Below, piece after piece: positions 9,901 through 16,161 of a stretch of 41,623 nucleotides of DNA. Numbering within the stretch: the first letter of the stretch is position 1; the number at the start of each line of letters is the position of its first letter. Under the pieces are notes generated by a model. That model did not search any database and was not told the origin of the DNA. It was given only the letters and a program-made list of their open reading frames with translations. The DNA is from Bacillota bacterium (GTDB taxonomy: Bacteria; Bacillota; Clostridia; Christensenellales; CAG-138): NCBI GenBank assembly GCA_023393045.1, contig JAEWMV010000154.1:1-41623 (forward strand), in the 5' to 3' direction. The translations under genes were made by a program, and so were the position numbers.

Positions 9901-10468
9901 CTACGAGCTCACTAAGCATGGCGCGAAAAAGGAATGGGGCTACGAATATCTTGAGCGCGTTGCCAGGCACGAAAGCGGACACGCTTTCCTCTGCTACCTC
10001 GGCGGCAATACGCCATCCTATCTCACCATTGTGGCGCGTGGCGGTCATGGCGGCTATATGGAGCACTCCGCAAAGGATATGGGGCCTCTATCCACCAAGG
10101 AAGAGCTGTTGAACCGTATCCGCACGAGTCTTGGGGGACGCGCGGCTGAACTCGCCTACTACGGCGAGAAGGACGGCGTATCCACCGGCGCGTCCGGAGA
10201 TCTTGAACAAGCCACCCGTGTGGCGCAGGCTATGATCTGTAATTACGGCATGGACGAGGATTTTGGCCTCGGCGTCATGGGGCAACAGGAGGCCGCAAAC
10301 AGCCCGGAGGTCAAAAAGCGTATCAACGAGATACTCGGCGAAGAGATGCGCAACACTGTGGAACTCATTAAGACCAACAAACATCGCATCGATCGCATGG
10401 TGGACGCGCTCATGAAGAAGAACAAGCTCTCCGGCGAGGAAATGGAGGAGCTGCTAAGGGATGATTAA
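6992..10468 (+). CDS. Single-chain fusion of a Clp_N double repeat, a ClpA/B-D2-like AAA+ module, a receiver-like middle segment and an FtsH-like AAA+ module with an M41 zinc metalloprotease. No transmembrane anchor.
   Basis: AAGGAGG RBS.
- N-terminus: two Clp_N-like repeats (VSPELLFLGILKLAE; LWAQDVLAAILACP).
- D2-like module: HGQDHVVHAF, Walker A GPPGVGKT (7676-7699), DMSSFSDHQSYMSLIGFEKSYQG, Walker B ILLFDEIEKAH, LQILDAGRL, IIIFTSN.
- FtsH-like module: Walker A GPPGTGKT (9290-9313), pore loop KWQG, ILFIDEIDAVGRKRG, ATNF...IDPALARRFDR.
- Protease: HEXXH = HESGH (9968-9982), GGRAAELAYYG, GASGDLEQATRVAQ.
- No hydrophobic N-terminal helices. Confidence 0.85.
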   Translation: MDLSTSMKFVMMRAQSEAAAAKKSEVSPELLFLGILKLAEKRAEEFAPTSRHKAETNADIDAVRQQFAQKSIDSSRTRGLLRAVIAGGAHLGGEKELTECLVRSADLAGKRGESDLWAQDVLAAILACPSDAILQVCPLKKQGADKAEDAKDEPTGEANGAGEKTDEMSRDFLPALTSRIRHMRAKLLSTVHGQDHVVHAFTEGMFAAEVLAASDEKRKRPRAIFVFAGPPGVGKTFLAEQAAEALDIPFKRFDMSSFSDHQSYMSLIGFEKSYQGAKPGTLTGFVKKQPHSILLFDEIEKAHLNTIHLFLQILDAGRLADRFMDEDISFKDTIIIFTSNAGRSLYEGDARQNAAGVPRKTLINALETEKNPQTGQPFFPAAITSRMATGWPLLFNHLQAHHLDKISGGELSRFCQLFEKQYGIEAGFDELVPTALLFQEGGAADARTLRAQTELFFKNEVFKVCRLWGEDRFSTALSGIEKLRFTVETAKLAQDVRPLFFSDEKPELLLYGSPTFAARCREELPGYLIYDTQSVEEALTIAGEKDVRVVLLDVAERSVQDADAGFVTMETVYEGAQELVMSAGAFDFAPMAAGAIHDGSRLFRSLRERLPELPVYLLETEEFSIDAELLMSFVRAGARGKLKEPDEDFSVFEDQLTAICRELYMQGVAAKMASERKVLYFETAPKLSRDGKEIIVRLRDFSLKRATEADDSSSVLDDVEKPNIHFTDVIGAADAKEELKFFIDYLKNPKKFSAQGLKPPKGVLLYGPPGTGKTMLAKAMAGESDVAFIPAVASAFVTKWQGSGPEAVRELFKRARRYAPAILFIDEIDAVGRKRGQSNTSHGEEMALNALLTEMDGFSVDPKRPVFVLAATNFDVEEGQGGMGVIDPALARRFDRKILVDLPNADEREQFVRLYLKKNKTHTVTEEMIKRLASRAIGMSPANLASVFELANRMAVKAQKPLDDAILDEAYELTKHGAKKEWGYEYLERVARHESGHAFLCYLGGNTPSYLTIVARGGHGGYMEHSAKDMGPLSTKEELLNRIRTSLGGRAAELAYYGEKDGVSTGASGDLEQATRVAQAMICNYGMDEDFGLGVMGQQEAANSPEVKKRINEILGEEMRNTVELIKTNKHRIDRMVDALMKKNKLSGEEMEELLRDD

Positions 10469-10544
10469 GCTGCAACTTTAGCGGTAAGCGCGGCTGCGGA
10501 GATGTAGTACCATCCATGTATAGAGTACATAAGGAGGAACGAGT

Positions 10545-11510
10545 ATGAAACGGATATCAGCGGTATTACTCATCATCACGCTTATCGCTGCACTGACCGC
10601 CTGCACCAAGGCGCCAGCCGCAGGCAAAGAAGGATCGCCTTATCAAAATGTGCCGGCTTTATCGGCGGGCGACGATTTCAAGCTGGGGGATGAGACCTAT
10701 GCTCTTGAAAAATGGGTAACCTTGCCGGAGTATGACACGGATACCAAGATCGGCTATGGCCTTTGCTTCGTGCAAAAGGAGGGGATTGCGCCCATCGCTA
10801 TATCCGGCAGCAATTACACGAGCCTCATTGACATGAAGCTGGACATGGACGACGGCACTCTTGCCACCAGCAATATCAGCTTTATCGCTGTGGACGATGC
10901 GCCGGGCTATGCCGCCCGAGTGACATTTGAATTCGCCCTGCCCAAAGCTGCGGCTTTGCCTGAGAGCGGAACGATCTTCCACACGGGAGCGGACAAGGAG
11001 GAAAGAATAGATCTCTCCGCATTGGAGACCCCGGCGGGAGCGCCGTCGGCACCGCAGGAACAGTCTCAGCCCGCGGTAATGCCCGCTGACGATTATGAGG
11101 CCAAGAAACTGGCCGGCGAATGGTTGCTCACCGCCATCACCTTCCGTACCCCGGAGACGGATAACGGCATATTCAGCATGGATGCCACCATGGAAATATC
11201 CGAGGGCTTTGAATATGGACGAAACCTATCACTTCGAAACGATATGACTTTGATTGGTCTCATCGACCTGTCCGCGCTGATCGACGCTGTGAACGAGCTG
11301 CCCTTCAGCGTCACCGACCTCGATTTTAAGGACTACTCCGGCTGGGAGTATACAAACGGAGTCGTAACGCTCACTAAAAGCGGCCCCGAGCTCGCGGCGA
11401 GCTATGATGAAGCAAGCGAAGAATTGCGCCTTACCTGGAGCGGAACGGTACAGATCGATCCGGCCGGCGAGGTGTTGATGGATATAACAATGGTCTTCAA
11501 GGCCAAATAA
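10545..11510 (+). CDS. Lipoprotein of unknown function
   Basis: AAGGAGG RBS. Signal peptide with lipobox MKRISAVLLIITLIAALTAC. I recognise no catalytic motif. Confidence 0.7.
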   Translation: MKRISAVLLIITLIAALTACTKAPAAGKEGSPYQNVPALSAGDDFKLGDETYALEKWVTLPEYDTDTKIGYGLCFVQKEGIAPIAISGSNYTSLIDMKLDMDDGTLATSNISFIAVDDAPGYAARVTFEFALPKAAALPESGTIFHTGADKEERIDLSALETPAGAPSAPQEQSQPAVMPADDYEAKKLAGEWLLTAITFRTPETDNGIFSMDATMEISEGFEYGRNLSLRNDMTLIGLIDLSALIDAVNELPFSVTDLDFKDYSGWEYTNGVVTLTKSGPELAASYDEASEELRLTWSGTVQIDPAGEVLMDITMVFKAK

Positions 11511-11528
11511 TTTATGGAGGGAAACAAA

Positions 11529-13409
11529 ATGAAACGGATACTTGCAGCATTGCTGATCGTCGCGCTGGTCGCTTCGTTGGCTGCTTGCGCGGCAAAGCCC
11601 ACTGCGCCGCCGGAGTCCGAACCTACGCCCGAGTCAATCGTCGAGTTCAACGACCCCCTGCTGGAGGAGCTTGTTCGCAAGGCTATGAACAAGCCGGACG
11701 GCGATATCACACTTGCCGAGGCGGAGGCGGTCACGGAGCTGGAGCTCGGCATCGACTGGCAGCAGGAACCGGCTCCGAACTCGCAGATCAAGGACATTTC
11801 CGGCTTGGAGAATTTCAAAAACCTCGAAAACCTTAATCTGAATTTCCACGCAATAGAGGACATATCGCCGCTCTCCGGGCTTACTAAGCTCCGCTCCCTG
11901 TCGCTGGGCGGAAATCCGGTAGCCGATATAGCGCCGCTTTCGAACCTCACCGGGCTTGGTTCTCTGACGCTGTTCAACTGTCAGGCGAAGGACTATACCC
12001 CGCTTTCAAAGCTGAGCGGCCTGGGTATGCTGCTGCTGGAGTATTCAACGATAAGCGATGTGAGTATGCTCTCCGGGCTTACGGAGCTTTGGTGGCTTAG
12101 CCTTGCAACCACGCAGGTAAGCGACGTCTCCCCCCTGTCGACACTCGTTAATCTCAGGCAGTTGCAGTTAGCGGGATGCCCTATCACCGATTACTCGCCT
12201 CTGGCCGAGATATACCCGAATCTTGAAGAAAAAGACTTCGAGATACCTTCCAAGCTGATGGACATATTCAGCGCCGAGTTCAATCCTTATGGCATGGACA
12301 GTCCGGCGACCGTGTTTGAGGCGTCCTTCAACAAGAGTCCGGACAACGCTCAGTTCGTGCTCTCCATGACAGGCAGCGGGAATATGTACGCCTGCGTAGC
12401 CTATCAGGCGGACGCTGCGGGGCTCTCCGAGGAGGAGAAGCAAGAGCGCATCAATGAATACCTTGAGGGCGGCTTCTGCCAGATCCGCGGCACAGACGGC
12501 CGCGTCGTGGATATCAAACGGGCTATACCCGAGGATGACCGCTACGAGTATGTGGAGGCGGACGGTCAGCACGGGCAGAACGGAGCGGGCTGCGTTATCG
12601 ACGTTACATATTTCATAGACGATGCCAACATCGAGAGGTACACTCAACTCGTGCGGGACAATTACAGCGTGGACGCGCTTGCGCCCATTGCAGATTTCTT
12701 TGATACGAATACCGATTTTGCTGAGTGTGGCATAACTGTAAACGTCTATAAGGATGAAGCCCATGCCTATGTCGTTTATCGTCTACCCGACGTAAACGCT
12801 GTGATGCAGGAAATGCAGGGAGGCGGCGATGCTCCGTGGTGGGAGTGGAACGGTATGACGCAGACAGCCATGATGTATGACGGCGTGGACAGCAAGCTGA
12901 CCTTCGACACCGAGGGCGGAGCCATAACCGTCGATCAGCTTCACGCAGAGCTCAGCGCACAGCCCGCCGCCGAGGGCTCGCTTAGCGCTATGGGTTTCGG
13001 CTTTGATGATGCGGGCGTATGCGGCGTATACGAGGATCGCATGCCGCACTATAAGTCCGTCGCAATAGCAAGACCGGAATGGGGCGAACACCCCGACGGC
13101 TGGAACATCGAGTTCATGGACACCGATATTAAGGGTTACAGCCTGCGTATCGAGTATCACGCCGAAGACGGCAGGTATCATATATCGCTGGATAAAGACG
13201 GCGAGAGCTGCTCCTATGACTACTATCGCGAAAAGGATCAATACGGCTGGGAACACCCCGACATTGAGACCGTGCACAGGATGTTCGGGGACGCCTTTGA
13301 TTCTGAGGGCAAAGAGCTGTATTACCCCGCGCTTGCGCACTTTGAGCAGTTTGTACAGGAGCACTTCGGCATGAGCGTTGACGAGCTGTACGCGGCTCCG
13401 AAGCAATAA
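11529..13409 (+). CDS. Leucine-rich-repeat (internalin-like) lipoprotein with an unknown C-terminal domain
   Basis: I prefer ATG 11529 (GGAGGG 7 nt upstream) over 11514. Lipobox MKRILAALLIVALVASLAAC. About 22-aa LRR units run across ~11790-12215 (LENLNLNFHAIEDISPLSGLTKLRSLSLGGNPVADIAPLSNLTGLGSLTL...VSDVSPLSTLVNLRQLQLAGCPITDYSPL). Confidence 0.75.
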   Translation: MKRILAALLIVALVASLAACAAKPTAPPESEPTPESIVEFNDPLLEELVRKAMNKPDGDITLAEAEAVTELELGIDWQQEPAPNSQIKDISGLENFKNLENLNLNFHAIEDISPLSGLTKLRSLSLGGNPVADIAPLSNLTGLGSLTLFNCQAKDYTPLSKLSGLGMLLLEYSTISDVSMLSGLTELWWLSLATTQVSDVSPLSTLVNLRQLQLAGCPITDYSPLAEIYPNLEEKDFEIPSKLMDIFSAEFNPYGMDSPATVFEASFNKSPDNAQFVLSMTGSGNMYACVAYQADAAGLSEEEKQERINEYLEGGFCQIRGTDGRVVDIKRAIPEDDRYEYVEADGQHGQNGAGCVIDVTYFIDDANIERYTQLVRDNYSVDALAPIADFFDTNTDFAECGITVNVYKDEAHAYVVYRLPDVNAVMQEMQGGGDAPWWEWNGMTQTAMMYDGVDSKLTFDTEGGAITVDQLHAELSAQPAAEGSLSAMGFGFDDAGVCGVYEDRMPHYKSVAIARPEWGEHPDGWNIEFMDTDIKGYSLRIEYHAEDGRYHISLDKDGESCSYDYYREKDQYGWEHPDIETVHRMFGDAFDSEGKELYYPALAHFEQFVQEHFGMSVDELYAAPKQ

Positions 13410-13435
13410 GCACCAAGCACTGCAACTTTCTCCGG

Positions 13436-13502
13436 AAACGCTCGCTTCATCGCGTGTTACGCTGTGAATATAAAGCAACCACGTTGTGTTGCGAGCGTTT
13501 TT
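13436..13502 (+). terminator. Possible terminator or structured element: 10-bp stem enclosing a 45-nt loop with sub-hairpins, then a T-run
   Basis: aaacgctcgc (13436-13445) pairs with gcgagcgttt (13491-13500), followed by tt. The loop contains gcgt-gtt-acgc and caac-cac-gttg mini-stems. The loop is atypically long for a terminator. Confidence 0.3.
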
Positions 13503-13515
13503 GGAGGTGCTTTGG

Positions 13516-14397
13516 ATGATATACATTACTGGCGACACCCACGCGGATTTTTCAAGGCTGTATCGGGTTCCATTCTCTCACGTCGAGGAGTGGGAGCAAG
13601 GTACAGATCCGCATTATGTGATTATTTGCGGCGATTTTGGCGGTGTGTGGAACGAAAGCATGCAGCAGGCCGCAGAACTCGACAAGCTGAACGACAGGCC
13701 GTTTACCATATTGTTTTTAGATGGCAATCATGAGAACTATGATCTGCTTGCCACCTATCCTGTGGAGAACTGGCACGGCGGCAAGGTACAGGCAATACGT
13801 AAGAACGTGCTGCATCTCATGCGGGGACAGATATACGAGATCGAAGGGCAGACGTTCTTCATCATGGGCGGCGCGGCCTGCCATGACACTTATAACGGCG
13901 TGCTGGATATGGACGATCCTGAATTCACGCAAAAGTACCAACGCCTCAAAAACGCGCGCAAGTTCTTTCGTATCAATCATCTAAGCTGGTGGGAGCAGGA
14001 ACTTCCCACCGAGAGCGAGATCAGCGCGGCATATGAAACGCTCTGCGCATACGGAAAAAAGGTGGATTATGTGCTCAGCCACTGCGCGCCAAGTAAAATG
14101 CAAAGGCGAATCCAAGCCAGGATCGGCGACAGTACCCATCCAAAGAACGCGCTGACAGAGTTCCTGCAATGGGTGTACAACGAGTGTGAATTCAAGCACT
14201 GGTACTGCGGGCATTATCATCAACCAAGGGATATAACGCGCTGCTTTCATGTGGTATATGAGAACATTGTACGGTTGGATGGTGATATGCAAGCTTCCGA
14301 CGATGAAGTTGAGTCAAGAAATGAGGACTTTCTTGATAGGATAAGGGCGTTACTCTCACAGAACAGTAAAACCACTGGTGGTAACTGCCGATTATAG
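13516..14397 (+). CDS. Calcineurin-like metallophosphoesterase (possible protein phosphatase)
   Basis: I prefer ATG 13516 (GGAGG at 13503-13507) over GTG 13486. Metallophosphatase motifs appear in order: ITGDTHAD, ICGDFGG, LDGNHENY, GGAACHD, SHCAP, GHYH. Confidence 0.8.
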   Translation: MIYITGDTHADFSRLYRVPFSHVEEWEQGTDPHYVIICGDFGGVWNESMQQAAELDKLNDRPFTILFLDGNHENYDLLATYPVENWHGGKVQAIRKNVLHLMRGQIYEIEGQTFFIMGGAACHDTYNGVLDMDDPEFTQKYQRLKNARKFFRINHLSWWEQELPTESEISAAYETLCAYGKKVDYVLSHCAPSKMQRRIQARIGDSTHPKNALTEFLQWVYNECEFKHWYCGHYHQPRDITRCFHVVYENIVRLDGDMQASDDEVESRNEDFLDRIRALLSQNSKTTGGNCRL

Positions 14398-14429
14398 TCG
14401 ACAATCTGAAGCAGACAAGGAGGATGACC

Positions 14430-15380
14430 ATGAAAGACAAACTGAATAATGGCATCCTTTATGTCGGCCAAACCTCTGATACTACAGCTGCTGACAGGAA
14501 CGCTTCCGGTGAGGATCCTAACCGGAAGCGATATATCCAGTTACGGCGAATCGAATCAGAGCCACCGTTTGATGTATTTAAGGTTAGGGATACCTTGAGC
14601 GGAAGTTATGCCACCATGATGTGTCTGGACGGCAAAAGCAAACACGATAATGACGCAAAGATGCGCTTGCATAAGCGAGGCATCAACAGCGTTTATGCAG
14701 CTAATAGTGATAAGATATCGCAAAACATCGTCCAATGGAATACTCCAACACGCCATGGTCATGATGCTCTATTCCTTTTGACCGAGCAACCGTATGGTCG
14801 AAGTCTGTCAAAATGGCATAAACTGCATCCGATTTCGGACGAGGCCACGGCGTTGCTTCTCATTGGTCAACTGTTGAATGCTCTTGACGCAGTACACTCC
14901 GTTGGAATGCTAATTACTGAGAAGAATCCATCAGAAACAGAACAGCGTACATCGCTGGTGCATCGTTCGGTAGGGCCAGACAGCATTCGAATCGTTGAGT
15001 GCGACGACAAGCTTACTTTACTATTAGATAACTTCGAGAATGCAATTCCGGTTCAGACACCTGCTGACAATCAGTTTTGTGGAACTGCCGCATTTTCACC
15101 ACGGCAGCAGCTTCTCGATGCTCGACATCCTCACCCTGCATGGGATGTATGGGCGGCCGCTGCATGCCTATACTATCTCCTCACGGGCAAATTTCCGCGA
15201 GAGTTTTCGGAAAACCGATGGAAATGCTTGGCGGAGAACAAACCTATTCCTTTGCTTGAACGACGCTCTGACATATCGCCAAGACTTGCAGCAGTGATCG
15301 ATCTCGCGCTGGATGACACGAATGGTTTGCATTATCAAACAGCCGACGCTCTTCGAAAAGCACTGCATTCAGTAATGTGA
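14430..15380 (+). CDS. Protein-kinase-fold protein with degenerate catalytic motifs (predicted pseudokinase)
   Basis: AAGGAGG abuts ATG 14424, so ATG 14430 is the better-spaced start. Kinase-like C-lobe: LVHRSVGPDSIRI (14961-) in place of HRDxKPxN, LLDNFENA in place of DFG, FCGTAAFSPRQ, DVWAAAACLYYLLTGKFP. There is no glycine-rich loop (ESEPPFDVF) and no beta3 lysine (YATMMCL). Confidence 0.7.
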   Translation: MKDKLNNGILYVGQTSDTTAADRNASGEDPNRKRYIQLRRIESEPPFDVFKVRDTLSGSYATMMCLDGKSKHDNDAKMRLHKRGINSVYAANSDKISQNIVQWNTPTRHGHDALFLLTEQPYGRSLSKWHKLHPISDEATALLLIGQLLNALDAVHSVGMLITEKNPSETEQRTSLVHRSVGPDSIRIVECDDKLTLLLDNFENAIPVQTPADNQFCGTAAFSPRQQLLDARHPHPAWDVWAAAACLYYLLTGKFPREFSENRWKCLAENKPIPLLERRSDISPRLAAVIDLALDDTNGLHYQTADALRKALHSVM

Positions 15381-15410
15381 ATCGCGACAAACTAATATCA
15401 ATCTTTGGTT

Positions 15411-15451
15411 GGTGTAGCAGTAAATCAGACTGCTGCACCTTCGTTGTTTTT
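15411..15451 (+). terminator. Rho-independent terminator after the pseudokinase gene
   Basis: ggtgtagcag / ctgctgcacc forms a stem (one mismatch) with a 9-nt loop, followed by ttcgttgttttt. Confidence 0.7.
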
Positions 15452-15873
15452 ACCATGGCTCAAAAGTGTAATTAGTGTCAACTGCACAACGACAATAAAC
15501 GCGCAAAAGAGCAAAACCGGCCAAGGTGAGCGCTCAACGAAAGACGAATCTCCGCCCACAGACGCGCTGACGAAAAATAGACAAAAAGAAGCTTAAGCCT
15601 CTTTCGGAGATTCATGGTCAGAACGACCAAGCGCACGGCAGAGCCCTCTCTTTCCTCCGATGGTCAGCGGCTATCCATCTGGCCGGCAACCAGATCCATG
15701 AGCACATAAATACGGATGGCATCCGTATGCGCGATGATCCATCGGGGGGACAATGATACTTCCGTAAACCGCGGCCCGGCCACAGTGAAGGCGGGGGGAT
15801 GAGATTTCCATGGACCTGCCAGCCACAGGCGGAGGGCAGCTGCATTTCTAATTCTCTTGAGTAATCTATTCTG

Positions 15874-15913
15874 TTGCTTTCCAGTGCCGTTTGGTGTGTA
15901 ATATATATACACA
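15874..15913 (+). promoter_or_regulatory. Putative xis/int promoter overlapping a palindrome (possible operator)
   Basis: TTGCTT (15874-15879), 17-nt spacer, TGTAAT (15897-15902). Overlaps the palindrome tgtgta-atatata-tacaca (15895-15913), 34 nt upstream of the xis ATG. Confidence 0.35.
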
Positions 15914-15946
15914 GTCCTGCGGATTACTGGAGTTAGGAGGTGCAAA

Positions 15947-16141
15947 ATGGGTAATCCACAGGATAATAAAGTCGCTAAAAGAGTCTATTCGGTAGAGGAA
16001 ATCGCTGAGATTCTGTGTATCAGCCGATCTGCCGCATATGACTTGGTCAAGAAGGGTGAATTCAAGACAGTGCGGATCGGCGCAACAATTCGCATATCAA
16101 AGCCATCCTTCGACGCATGGTTGGACAGCCGAGAAATCTAA
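15947..16141 (+). CDS. Excisionase-family helix-turn-helix DNA-binding protein
   Basis: AGGAGG RBS. 64 aa. VYSVEEIAEILCISRSAAYDLVKKGEFKTVRIGATIRISKPSFDAWL is a typical excisionase/MerR-like HTH. Lies directly upstream of the integrase. Confidence 0.75.
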   Translation: MGNPQDNKVAKRVYSVEEIAEILCISRSAAYDLVKKGEFKTVRIGATIRISKPSFDAWLDSREI

Positions 16142-16161
16142 TCATGTAAAGGAGTTATGAA

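Noticed and set aside
13486-13515. Upstream-extended starts given by the ORF track: 13486, and likewise 3528, 11514, 14424, 18008, 24109, 30925, 36119, 37819 and 40181
   Set aside because: Downstream in-frame starts have properly spaced GGAGG-type RBSs and yield N-termini typical of the families (MIYITGDTH, MCGIVGY, MTIRTRFAPSPTG, MNKYEAMYVI and others). The extensions overlap terminators, promoters or RBSs.
15405-15945. Three small ORFs in the pseudokinase-xis gap: 15405-15596(+), 15618-15845(-) and 15664-15945(-)
   Set aside because: None has an RBS. The first overlaps the terminator hairpin, and the last overlaps the xis promoter palindrome. Their sequences are low-complexity with no recognisable motif. 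The region is kept only as an unexplained non-coding finding.
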